DNA of 64,000 bases from Halobacteriovoraceae bacterium (GTDB taxonomy: Bacteria; Bdellovibrionota; Bacteriovoracia; Bacteriovoracales; Bacteriovoracaceae), in NCBI GenBank assembly GCA_963719505.1, contig CAVRCF010000005.1:480001-544000 (forward strand), given 5' to 3'. This document shows, in pieces, positions 38,961-48,404 of this stretch. A program made the position numbers and the translations under genes. Positions within the stretch are counted from its first letter, which is position 1. Each line of letters opens with the position of its first letter. The notes under the pieces were generated by a model. It was given only the letters and a program-made list of their open reading frames with translations. It was not told the DNA's origin and made no database searches.

Positions 38961-40255
38961 TCAGCTTTTTTCCAAGGTGCAACTTTAAAAAGTAAAAGCA
39001 TTCCCGGAATCGCAAAAAGTGTGCAGACATAAAAGTAACTAGTGTAACCGATGCCATTTAATGTTCCAAAAATTTCATAAAAGAGACCATCCGTCACCTT
39101 TACACCTTCGATCATTAAACCTGATATGACCCCTGAAAAAGATTTTGGTATAGCAAAAAGTGAGGTCAATAAAGCCAGTTGGGTTCCAGTGAAGTTTTTA
39201 TTGGTGTTTTTTGCGATATAGGCCATCAAAGCCGCTGAGCCAAGTCCAACACCAAGATACTCAAAAGCCACTACAACTCCCAAAGCAAAAACGTCGGGAC
39301 CTATTTCATTGAGGGCCGCAAAACCCAAGATCGATGCCATTTGAACAAAACCAAAAATCCAAAGTGATTTATTGATGCCTATTTTAAACATCAAAGCGCC
39401 GCCCATAAAACCACCGACAACCATCGACCAGATAGCAACAGTCTTCGTCACTCCTCCGATCACAGACATGGAAAAGCCGACATCAATATAGAATGGTGTT
39501 ATTAAAGAAGTTGCAACGGTATCGCCAAATTTATAAAATAAAATAAATAACAAAATATAAAAACCAGTTCCAAAACCATCACGATTAAAAAACTCTCTAA
39601 AAGGCTCAATCACAGCTTCCGTTAAAGTCTTTGGGGCCACAACCTCATCTTTAATCTCAGAGATGACAAAAGAGTAGATCACTCCCATAAACATAAAAAG
39701 GCCAATAATAAGAAAGACATATTTCCATGCCATCACATCAGAGAGAATAAGCCCAAGGGAGCCCGGTATAAAAGCGGAAAGTCTATAGGCATTAGCGTAA
39801 TAGGCATTACCAAGACCCAGTTCATTGTCCGGAAGAAGCTCTCTTCTATAGGCATCTAAAACAATATCCTGAGTCGCAGAGAAGGCACCGATCGCAAGCC
39901 CAGCGTAAAGAACGTAGTCTATTTGGGATTGGGCATCAATGAAGGCGTAGGCGATCATCGAGAGCATGATAATAACTTGAGTAATAAGCATCCAACCTCT
40001 TCTTCTTCCTAAAAAAGGTGGAGTGTATCTATCCACAAGAGGGGCCCATAAAAATTTAAAAGAGTAAGGCAAAAGAACAAAACCAAAAAATCCTATTGTC
40101 TTTAAATCGACACCCTCTGAGCGAAGCCAAGCAGGGATAAGATTAACCAGAAAATAGATAGGCATACCGGCGGCAAATCCGTTAAAGATACAGTTGAGCA
40201 TTCTCTTATTAACGATGGCTTCTTTTAAAGAGAGTTTTTTTATGGAATTTACCAT
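38957..40255 (-). CDS. ampG: Muropeptide MFS permease AmpG
   Basis: GFAAGMP, KFLWAPLVDR..P..GRRRGW and SATQDIVLDAYR. Confidence 0.93.
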   Translation of the reverse strand: MVNSIKKLSLKEAIVNKRMLNCIFNGFAAGMPIYFLVNLIPAWLRSEGVDLKTIGFFGFVLLPYSFKFLWAPLVDRYTPPFLGRRRGWMLITQVIIMLSMIAYAFIDAQSQIDYVLYAGLAIGAFSATQDIVLDAYRRELLPDNELGLGNAYYANAYRLSAFIPGSLGLILSDVMAWKYVFLIIGLFMFMGVIYSFVISEIKDEVVAPKTLTEAVIEPFREFFNRDGFGTGFYILLFILFYKFGDTVATSLITPFYIDVGFSMSVIGGVTKTVAIWSMVVGGFMGGALMFKIGINKSLWIFGFVQMASILGFAALNEIGPDVFALGVVVAFEYLGVGLGSAALMAYIAKNTNKNFTGTQLALLTSLFAIPKSFSGVISGLMIEGVKVTDGLFYEIFGTLNGIGYTSYFYVCTLFAIPGMLLLFKVAPWKKAD

Positions 40256-40264
40256 GACAGCGGC

Positions 40265-41401
40265 CTAGGCATAAGTTTTATCTTTATATGAAAATGCTTT
40301 ATCCATAAACTTTGATTCCAGTTTACGGCTCGATTTTTTCTTGAGATTTATTTTTCGAAGATTAAACTTAAGCTTTTTGAGTTCGAGACCTATCGCCTTT
40401 GCTAACAGAGGCGGAACTGCATTTCCAATTTGTCTAAATTGAGCTGTTTGAGAGCCTTCAAAGATAAAGTTTGCAGGAAAGCTCTGGCAAGAAGCAGCTT
40501 CTCTCACGGTCAAATATCTCGCCTCTTCTGGGTGATAATACATAGATCTTGAAGTCAAAATAGTAGGCGCTGGTTTGTCCCACGCAAGTCTTTGGAGACG
40601 GGTTTGTCTAAATCTTTTTTCACTTATCTGGTCCCAGTCAACATCATAGCGCAGGCTTTTAGGGAGAAAGCTTATTTCGTCTTTCTCATACCGAATTCCC
40701 TGACCAGGTGGGATATGCTTGAGTCTTTTTTCATCTAGTTTATTTTTAATTGTTGCAGCTTCAATATTATGATTAAAAACCTTACCAGTTTTAGTTTCAA
40801 TATTTTGAAAGGCTTCAAGAACTGTTATTTCTGTTTTTTTAGCTCTTGCACCATGACTAACTTTTGGAAAAATAGGCTCGGCTTGCCTAACTCCCATAAT
40901 GATTGTTCGGCGTCTTTTACTTGGAACGCCATATTCTTCGGCGCTCATCACCCTAGCGTCCATCTCATAACCAAGTTTTTCAAAACTTTTAAAAATTGTT
41001 TTTAAAAGCTTCTCATTTTTCTTCGCAAGTATCCCCGTGACGTTCTCAAAGATCACAACCTTTGGATTGGTCAGTTTTACAATGCGAATAAATTGTTTAA
41101 AGAGAGAATTTCGCTCATCACTAGCATCACCTTTTCCAACCGTAGAGAAACCTTGGCAAGGAGGTCCACCCACGACCATATCAATTTGTTCAATATCAAT
41201 ATAGCTTGCAAGTTTAGCTTTTGAGAGTTTATGAATATCCATGCAAACTGCTTTTGCATGCTTGTGATTTTTAGCAAACGTTTCAACAGCATATTTGTCA
41301 AAATCGACACCAAGGACGCACTTATGTCCGGCCATCTCCAAGCCTTTGGAAAAACCACCACAACCAGAGAAGAGGTCTATAAATTTAAGAGAATTGGCCA
41401 T
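40265..41401 (-). CDS. dcm: C5 DNA cytosine methyltransferase (apparently orphan)
   Basis: DLFSGCGG, GGPPCQGFS, ENV, R.R, LTVREA..QSFP and QIGNAVPP. Confidence 0.93.
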   Translation of the reverse strand: MANSLKFIDLFSGCGGFSKGLEMAGHKCVLGVDFDKYAVETFAKNHKHAKAVCMDIHKLSKAKLASYIDIEQIDMVVGGPPCQGFSTVGKGDASDERNSLFKQFIRIVKLTNPKVVIFENVTGILAKKNEKLLKTIFKSFEKLGYEMDARVMSAEEYGVPSKRRRTIIMGVRQAEPIFPKVSHGARAKKTEITVLEAFQNIETKTGKVFNHNIEAATIKNKLDEKRLKHIPPGQGIRYEKDEISFLPKSLRYDVDWDQISEKRFRQTRLQRLAWDKPAPTILTSRSMYYHPEEARYLTVREAASCQSFPANFIFEGSQTAQFRQIGNAVPPLLAKAIGLELKKLKFNLRKINLKKKSSRKLESKFMDKAFSYKDKTYA

Positions 41402-41597
41402 AAGCTCTCACAAATAAAATTATTTAGATAAGTTATTGATTATTCTAACTATTTCCTCCTTATCCTGTCCACTATTTTATCGTTATACCCCTTTCTCTCA
41501 AAGAGGAGTCTTTTCGAATTGAAAAAATCTCAAATCCTATAAGTCGATAATAAGAATGGAGATTCCCAAAAGATAATATATTAGCTAGTCTCTAGCG

Positions 41598-42305
41598 ATG
41601 TTGTCGGTTGTTATCCCCACATTCAATGAAATCTCCAGTGGCTATATCCAAAAGTCATTTCCTTTATTGAGTAATACCGAGGGACTTGAAGTTATATGCG
41701 TTGATTCAAATAGCACAGACGGAACAATTGATCTCATTAAAAAGCACGGATTCAAGCTTATTAGTGTCGATACGACATCGAGGGCAAAAAGACTGAATAT
41801 TGGCATACAAGAGTCAACCGGAGATATGATCCTTCTTCACCATCCAAGGAGTCTTCTCAATGTAGCAGCTTTTCACACTCTCATGACCGAAGATGACCTT
41901 TTTTGGGGTGCATTCACTCACAAATTTGATCTCGATCATCCACTTTTAAAATTTACCTCTTGGTGGTCAAATTTATGGCGAGGAGATCGACGTGGCATTT
42001 TTTATCTTGATCACTGCATCTACGTGCAAAGAGAGATCTTTGAAGAAGTAGGACTAATGCCTGAGATTGATATTTTTGAGGACACTGAACTTTGTAAACT
42101 TTTAAATACCTACTGCATGCCACTTAGACTCGATGAAATTAGTCTAACGAGTGCTATAAGATTTAAAAATAATGGAATCTGGAAACAGGCCCTAATGAAC
42201 CAAATCTTAAAGTGGAAATACTACTTTAAAGCAGATCATAAACAGATGAATCAGTTGTATGAAAAAAAGACGGCTTTAAACTCAAAATACCAAAAAGAAG
42301 ACTAA
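41598..42305 (+). CDS. GT2 glycosyltransferase, TIGR04283-like
   Basis: SVVIPTFNE, VDSNSTD, SRAKRLN.G, IFED and TSAIRF. Confidence 0.75.
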   Translation: MLSVVIPTFNEISSGYIQKSFPLLSNTEGLEVICVDSNSTDGTIDLIKKHGFKLISVDTTSRAKRLNIGIQESTGDMILLHHPRSLLNVAAFHTLMTEDDLFWGAFTHKFDLDHPLLKFTSWWSNLWRGDRRGIFYLDHCIYVQREIFEEVGLMPEIDIFEDTELCKLLNTYCMPLRLDEISLTSAIRFKNNGIWKQALMNQILKWKYYFKADHKQMNQLYEKKTALNSKYQKED

Positions 42306-43028
42306 CTAATTATTTAATTTCCAATCGTAGTCCAAGTATTCAATCTGTACATTTTTTTGAGTCTTAATATAGCCTTGGATAAACTTTTTTGGACTTCCAA
42401 ACTTCTCTTTAAAGTCATCCCCGTACCACTTAAAAATTTTGGAAATGAAAAGGGTATTTTTTGACTCGTCATAAAAGTTCTTTTTCTTATTTTCAAGAAA
42501 GTTTTTCGTTGCACTTTCTAATTGTTGATCTAATTTGGATCCAACGTAGGCTTCTTGCTTTAATGAAGGACAACCTTTACTTGCACAGTTGACAGCAAAA
42601 TGAATTTTTGGTTCTTCAAAGTCTTTACGTATCGTCGAGTGCTCAATATCATTTAAAGTCATCTCTTTTCCAAAAAGAGTAATAAATTTTTGATCCCAAG
42701 GGCCAGTAAAAATACTTCCCACATCTTTTATTGAATCAATTGGATAGTGATCGATAATAAGTTTGAGGGTGTATGCATTGTATGCATTGATCCAAAAAGC
42801 TAATTTTTGATTTTTCGAAAATCCTTCAAAATCATTTTTTGATAACGCTTCAAGCTCACTCAGATAAGCTTTTAGCTTTTCACTATTCTTTTTTAATTCT
42901 TTATAATTAACAGAAACCTGATACCCATTTCTAGAAGTGTAATCCTTAAGCAGGTCGCTAAACTTTTGATGACTATGGTCAAACGCTAAGACATTAAAGG
43001 CAAATAAGCCCAGCAGAATAAGTTTCAT
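42306..43028 (-). CDS. DUF547 domain secreted protein
   Basis: AFWINAYNA, L..IEH, IHFAVNCASKGCP, SKIFKWY and YDWKLN. Confidence 0.9.
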   Translation of the reverse strand: MKLILLGLFAFNVLAFDHSHQKFSDLLKDYTSRNGYQVSVNYKELKKNSEKLKAYLSELEALSKNDFEGFSKNQKLAFWINAYNAYTLKLIIDHYPIDSIKDVGSIFTGPWDQKFITLFGKEMTLNDIEHSTIRKDFEEPKIHFAVNCASKGCPSLKQEAYVGSKLDQQLESATKNFLENKKKNFYDESKNTLFISKIFKWYGDDFKEKFGSPKKFIQGYIKTQKNVQIEYLDYDWKLNN

Positions 43029-45148
43029 TACGATCTCCTCCATGCATGATATCTTTGAACCCATTTGAGTAAATTTTCGGGAGCATTAGCTTTTTTCCAA
43101 TTACCAGCAACAGATTTATTCGCCTCACTCATGGTTGGATAACTGTGAATAGTTCCCAAAATACTTTCTAAACCTTTTCCATGTTTCATATTGGTAACGA
43201 ACTCAGTAAGCAACTCTCCAGCACCGACTCCTACAATTGTCGCTCCAAGAATTTTATCGTCTCCTTTTGCTGTGAGAACTTTAACAAAACCGTAATCATT
43301 CCCATCGGCAATAGCGCGGTCCAAATCATCTATTCCATATTTTGTTATATCGTACTTTAGCCCCGCCTCTTTGGCCGTGTGTTCAGTATGCCCTACTGTT
43401 GCCACTTCTGGATCAGTATAGGTAACCCAAGGGATAACAGAGTAGTCCACCTTAAAGCGTTTAAAAGGAGAAAAGAGAGCATTGACAGCACAATACCAGG
43501 CTTGATGAGAAGCTGTATGCGTAAGCTGATAAGGACCGGTGACGTCTCCACAAACATAAATATTTGGATAGTTCGTTTGAAGAAACTCATTGGCTTCAAT
43601 AGTTCCATTTTTTCTCATTCTCATTTTTAGATTATCTAAACCAAAACCATCGACATTGGGTTTTCTACCAACGGCGACAAGAACTTGATCAAACTCAATC
43701 TCGACTTCACCATCTTTTGTTTCACAAACTAAAGTCTTACCTTTAAATTCGATCGCTTTATGTGAAGTCTTTATGAGAACGCCTTCACCTTCAAGCCTTT
43801 TAGCAACCTCGGATGAAACATCTGGGTCTTCTTTGCTCATGATTCGCTCACCCATCTCAATAAGATGAACTTCACTTCCAAAGCGATTAAAGGTTTGGGC
43901 CATCTCCAGTCCAATTGGCCCCCCACCTAAGATCACAAACCTTTTTGGCAACTCTCTAATAGACCAAAGATTATTCGATGTAAGGTAGTCAATTTTATCC
44001 AACCCCTTGATTGGCGGGACAAACGGTGACGCTCCAGTAGCGATAGTAATATTTTTTGTTGTTAGGATTTTTCCATTTACTTCAACTTCCCAAGGAGAAA
44101 TAATTTTGGCTTCCCCAGTGTGGCATTCGACACCTAAACTTGTGTACCGCTCTACCGAATCGTGAGGCTCAATCTTTGTGATAACATCTTGAATTCGATT
44201 CATCGCTTTTGCAAAGTCAATGGACTCGATACTAGCATTGATACCAAAGTCTTGGGACTTATTAATGGTATGAGCGACCTTTGCACTTTTGATTAAAGCT
44301 TTTGATGGCACACAACCTGTGTTGAGGCAGTCTCCACCCATTTTTTCTTTTTCAATCAATGCAACTTTAGCTTTTACAGCTGCGGCGATATAAGCGGTTA
44401 CAAGACCCGCAGAACCAGCCCCGATAACCACCATATTATAATCGAGAGATTTCGGCTTTTTAAAAGTTTTAAATACTTTTCTCGCTTTAATCATTTCAAT
44501 TATTTTTTTGGAAACGAGAGGTAAAAATCCAAGAAGAACAAATGAGCCAATAAGCTCTGGACTTAAAATGCCTTCAAGCTTTTCAATCTGACTCAACTGA
44601 ACACCGGCATTAACATAAACCGCCGTTCCCAAAAGCATCCCTAGTTGGGATACAATATAAAAAACACCTGTCTTCATGGGAGTAAGACCCATCACGGCAT
44701 TGATGAGAAAAAAAGGAAATATTGGAACAAGTCTTAATGTAAATAAATAAAATGCACCCTCTCTTTTAATTCCATCATTAAAGGTTTTGAGTTTATCTCC
44801 AAATTTGTTTTGTATCGTCTCCCTTAAAATTGTACGAGACAGAAGAAAAGCCAGTGTCGCCCCAATGGAGCTAGCAAAAGAGACCAAAAGTAGTCCCCAC
44901 CAAAGACCAAAGATGGCACCTGCTAAAAGGGTCAAGATCGTCGCACCAGGAATTGAGATTGCCGTTGCAATAATATAAATCCCAAGGAAGCTGCCCATGG
45001 TGAGAAGTTGATTCTCTTTGTAAAAGCTTTGAAGGCTCTGTTGATTTTCTTTTATGAATTCAAGAGTGAGATAAGATCCTAGGTCAAAGTATTTAAACGC
45101 ACCAAAGATGGCGATCACTATGACCAGTAGAAATATTTTCTTTTTCAT
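43028..45148 (-). CDS. VTT/TVP38 membrane domain fused to pyridine nucleotide-disulfide oxidoreductase
   Basis: N-terminal IPGA and LRLVPIFPF (VTT); GAGSAG, GGDCLNTGCVPSK, GGGPIG and HSYPT. Confidence 0.9.
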   Translation of the reverse strand: MKKKIFLLVIVIAIFGAFKYFDLGSYLTLEFIKENQQSLQSFYKENQLLTMGSFLGIYIIATAISIPGATILTLLAGAIFGLWWGLLLVSFASSIGATLAFLLSRTILRETIQNKFGDKLKTFNDGIKREGAFYLFTLRLVPIFPFFLINAVMGLTPMKTGVFYIVSQLGMLLGTAVYVNAGVQLSQIEKLEGILSPELIGSFVLLGFLPLVSKKIIEMIKARKVFKTFKKPKSLDYNMVVIGAGSAGLVTAYIAAAVKAKVALIEKEKMGGDCLNTGCVPSKALIKSAKVAHTINKSQDFGINASIESIDFAKAMNRIQDVITKIEPHDSVERYTSLGVECHTGEAKIISPWEVEVNGKILTTKNITIATGASPFVPPIKGLDKIDYLTSNNLWSIRELPKRFVILGGGPIGLEMAQTFNRFGSEVHLIEMGERIMSKEDPDVSSEVAKRLEGEGVLIKTSHKAIEFKGKTLVCETKDGEVEIEFDQVLVAVGRKPNVDGFGLDNLKMRMRKNGTIEANEFLQTNYPNIYVCGDVTGPYQLTHTASHQAWYCAVNALFSPFKRFKVDYSVIPWVTYTDPEVATVGHTEHTAKEAGLKYDITKYGIDDLDRAIADGNDYGFVKVLTAKGDDKILGATIVGVGAGELLTEFVTNMKHGKGLESILGTIHSYPTMSEANKSVAGNWKKANAPENLLKWVQRYHAWRRS

Positions 45149-45228
45149 TGTTAAGCCTTTTTATTCAAGATTATAGATCAATTTCGCTATAAGTGAATAA
45201 AAAGACTTGGTTATTACATGAATTTGGA

Positions 45229-46281
45229 TTATTCGTTATCGATTTTGTTTAACGCGTGAAAGAAACCGGTCTTTGCAACCCTTTTAGTCAGCTTTTTCAC
45301 GTAATAATAATATCCCTCATTATCTAAAAGATAAAAAGATCCATCAGCATAAATAAAGTAGTTCGTTCCAAAGAATACTGGCAGCTCTGAACTTCTATCA
45401 ATATCGTACTCTGATGTGACTTTCACTTTTCGATCAGATATTCCTCTGTCGTAAGAACCAGAAAGAGAGATAGTATGGATATTAAAGTCCTTATCAAAGA
45501 AATAATTCCCCCCAACTTTTACAATAGATTCTAATTCAATATTTTCAAATCTATACATGGCCCCATAATATTGTTTCTCACCGTTATCGTCCAAAAGTGC
45601 AACAACTTCATTGTCCTCACCTCTTATAACTTCACCAGCGCTATCAAGACTAGCTACTGTCTCTGAACCAAAAGTATAGAGAATATTATTTTTCAACACC
45701 ATATAGTTGTGTCCGATGATCTCAATATCCTTCACGTCGTCAATAAAAAGTTCAGTTTTCTCTGAATAATAACCTTTAAAGTCTATCATAAAGACTCTTT
45801 TGTCTTTTGTGATAAAGAAGTTTCCACCAACGACTTCTAATCTTCTTAAATCAACCCCTTCAATTTCTTCATAGTGAATGAGGACACCATCATTTCTAAC
45901 GATATGAATTTGACCAGATCTTGTGATAAAGAAATTTCCACCAAAGTGCTTAATTGACGAATCAAGCTCATAGTATCTTTTATGATAAACAAATCCATTG
46001 GCATCGACTGTATAGATCTCACCTTCGCGAGTGACAAGATAGTTTGCTTTCACTTCTTCAAGTTTATTTTCAGGTAAGTAGAGATGTTCAACATCAAAGA
46101 TAATATTAGAATTCTCTCCTAAAAAATAAGATCGAACGGAACCAACCTCTCCAGTGTCGTAGAAAATAAATGACTGTGAGGTTCCCTTGGCAACTTTGAC
46201 GCTATCAAGATTTCGAGTCAGACCTAATAAACTTATCGATAATAAGACAACGACTAAAAGTAATTTTAAAGAGTTTTTCAT
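45229..46281 (-). CDS. Secreted protein with ~40-aa GGNFF repeats (beta-propeller-like)
   Basis: Signal peptide; about six copies of (G)GN(F/Y)F...G.I..I...G. Confidence 0.65.
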   Translation of the reverse strand: MKNSLKLLLVVVLLSISLLGLTRNLDSVKVAKGTSQSFIFYDTGEVGSVRSYFLGENSNIIFDVEHLYLPENKLEEVKANYLVTREGEIYTVDANGFVYHKRYYELDSSIKHFGGNFFITRSGQIHIVRNDGVLIHYEEIEGVDLRRLEVVGGNFFITKDKRVFMIDFKGYYSEKTELFIDDVKDIEIIGHNYMVLKNNILYTFGSETVASLDSAGEVIRGEDNEVVALLDDNGEKQYYGAMYRFENIELESIVKVGGNYFFDKDFNIHTISLSGSYDRGISDRKVKVTSEYDIDRSSELPVFFGTNYFIYADGSFYLLDNEGYYYYVKKLTKRVAKTGFFHALNKIDNE

Positions 46282-46289
46282 ATTCACCT

Positions 46290-47018
46290 TTATCTTGTTT
46301 TTAACATCCACGCTTCAACTTCTCTCGCCCACGAGATCGCCTTTGATCTTTGAGAAGAGCAACTAAAGTGCACTCCATCACAGCCTGTGGCCATATAGTG
46401 GTTTGAGGAGAAAAATTCACATGTATTTAGAACAACTTCTTTGAGCATTTTGTAGAGAACATCTTGGTTTTTTTGAGTCTTTTTCATTCCCATTGGTGGT
46501 CCAACCCAAAAACATTTTAAATTATTTAACTTAACCACCTCTAGCATCTTAAGAACATAATCCTGTCTTTTATTATATTCCCATGTGTTGATGACTCCAT
46601 CTTTGTTCGAGATTGCTGCAGCATCATTGGCCCCAAGTGCGATAAGAACTGTTGAGAAATTAAATTGATCATCCTGCCAAGAACTGTGAACAAGTGGAGA
46701 TGAAAGGACATCATCGAACTTTGGTACAAGAACTTTTTGTCTCCAATGAGTCGGACTAGGGTGAAGTTGCTGCCTGTTTTCTTGTGATTTGAATTGATGA
46801 AAGACGCCACCTGAGAGCAAATAATCAGTTTCACTCATCCAGTGCAAGGAAGAAGATGAAGAATGGCCTAAAGTCACTACTCTTTCGAACTTGGAAGCCT
46901 TACTTAGCATTTCATGTAATTTGGTACCAAAAGGTCCAACTGTATGGGAATCCCCTATAAACAGGAGATTCTCCGCAAATGCACACGTACATATCAAAAA
47001 TAAAAGTAATAACTTCAT
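46290..47018 (-). CDS. Secreted SGNH/GDSL hydrolase
   Basis: IGDSH, LGAND and DGVH blocks. Confidence 0.85.
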   Translation of the reverse strand: MKLLLLFLICTCAFAENLLFIGDSHTVGPFGTKLHEMLSKASKFERVVTLGHSSSSSLHWMSETDYLLSGGVFHQFKSQENRQQLHPSPTHWRQKVLVPKFDDVLSSPLVHSSWQDDQFNFSTVLIALGANDAAAISNKDGVINTWEYNKRQDYVLKMLEVVKLNNLKCFWVGPPMGMKKTQKNQDVLYKMLKEVVLNTCEFFSSNHYMATGCDGVHFSCSSQRSKAISWAREVEAWMLKTR

Positions 47019-47168
47019 GCAATATATCTAGCTCAGAAGCCTATCTGGGTAAATGGCATAGAAGTATTATTGTAATTTTAACAGTTTGCACCTAGGAATA
47101 TACGTATTTTACCTAGTATTTGCGCTAAACATAATTTATCTGATAAAATAAAGTATAGGGAGATTACC

Positions 47169-47672
47169 ATGACCATGAACGCACTCCTCTTAGACGCAAG
47201 TTACTACCCAATTAAGATTATTGATTGGAAAAGGGCCATGATCCTTTTCTTCACAGAAAGAGCCGAAGTTGTTGAACATCATCAAGACTTTAGTGTGAAT
47301 TCAACTCACGCAAGTTTTAAGGTTCCAAAAGTTCTGCGCCTTCTGGTAAATTTCAAAAATCTCTCACGTGTAAAATTCAACAGATCAAATGTTTTTTACC
47401 GAGACAAAAATACTTGCCAGTACTGTGGGGATAAATTTAAAGATTCTGAACTAACATTTGACCACGTTATGCCAAGAAGCCGCGGAGGCCTGACGACCTG
47501 GCAAAATATTGTTTCGGCCTGCATGGACTGCAATAATAAAAAAGATTCAAAGACTCCTGAGGAGTGGGGAAGAAAACTTCTCAAAATACCTGAGGAGCCC
47601 AAATGGACTCCACTATTGGCATTTAGATTATCGAATAAGGACAGATCCCTATTTTCAACTTGGCTGTTTTAA
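47169..47672 (+). CDS. HNH endonuclease (stand-alone McrA-like family)
   Basis: RD...CQYCG...TFDHVMPRSRGG..TW.N.V.AC..CN..K. Confidence 0.9.
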   Translation: MTMNALLLDASYYPIKIIDWKRAMILFFTERAEVVEHHQDFSVNSTHASFKVPKVLRLLVNFKNLSRVKFNRSNVFYRDKNTCQYCGDKFKDSELTFDHVMPRSRGGLTTWQNIVSACMDCNNKKDSKTPEEWGRKLLKIPEEPKWTPLLAFRLSNKDRSLFSTWLF

Positions 47673-47683
47673 CTAGAGTTAAA

Positions 47684-48025
47684 CTAGTAAGAGTAACAGT
47701 AGATTGAGTGGTGAGCAGAAAGATATCTGTCATTTGGATTCCAATTATTGAATCTTCTATAATCAGTCATTCCTCTATAAACGACAGAGCTATAGTATTC
47801 AGTTCTGAAACTAGTCATGGTTCTGATATTAATTGATCCAGAACATCTAACGTCTTTATCAGTGTGGTTCCAAACTCTTACGTCAATGCCATTAGGCCAA
47901 ACTGTAATGCGAGGATAAACAATTGTTTTGTCAGTTGAAATTTTGCTATCTGTTTTTACAACTTCAGAGCTTGCAAAGAGTGATAAACTTGAAAGTAAAA
48001 GTGCAGTCGTGATTAATGTTTTCAT
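47684..48025 (-). CDS. Small secreted hypothetical protein
   Basis: AAGGAG RBS, signal peptide, one Cys pair. Confidence 0.7.
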   Translation of the reverse strand: MKTLITTALLLSSLSLFASSEVVKTDSKISTDKTIVYPRITVWPNGIDVRVWNHTDKDVRCSGSINIRTMTSFRTEYYSSVVYRGMTDYRRFNNWNPNDRYLSAHHSIYCYSY

Positions 48026-48041
48026 TATTATCTCCTTATAA

Positions 48042-48404
48042 TTAGTAGAAATAATAGCTCTCCACAACTGCCTTGTCTAATCCTTGATCTCTAAAATCAG
48101 GAAGAAGACTGAGTTGTCTTACAAATATTTTATCTTTACGCATAAAGCCACAAAGAGTTTCTTTTAAGTAAATAAAGACGTAGTCCCCTGGGGTGAATTC
48201 GTTACTGTCTGTATCAAGATCACCAAAGAGTTCGATTTTTGGGTCCTCAAAACTTTTAAGTTCTTCAAATGTTAGCCCAAATTTTTTTAAGGTATGCCCA
48301 TAAGGACAATGAATACAAGCAGATTTACAACATCTACCTCGACTTTTGTGCACCGAAGCTGGAACGGCTTTATAATCACTCGACATGCTTTTTTCTATCC
48401 TCAT
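48042..48404 (-). CDS. DUF5522-like Cys-rich protein with GNAT-like C-terminal segment (start may be 48386)
   Basis: RGRCCKSACIHCPYG; VRQLSLLPDFRDQGLDKAV. Confidence 0.55.
   Translation of the reverse strand: MRIEKSMSSDYKAVPASVHKSRGRCCKSACIHCPYGHTLKKFGLTFEELKSFEDPKIELFGDLDTDSNEFTPGDYVFIYLKETLCGFMRKDKIFVRQLSLLPDFRDQGLDKAVVESYYFY

Noticed and set aside
43028-45148. Mercuric reductase MerA
   Set aside because: No C-terminal vicinal Cys-Cys pair, no N-terminal HMA domain and no mer genes nearby.
40265-47672. Dcm + HNH restriction-modification pair
   Set aside because: The genes are about 5.8 kb apart on opposite strands with unrelated genes between them, and the HNH belongs to a widespread stand-alone family.
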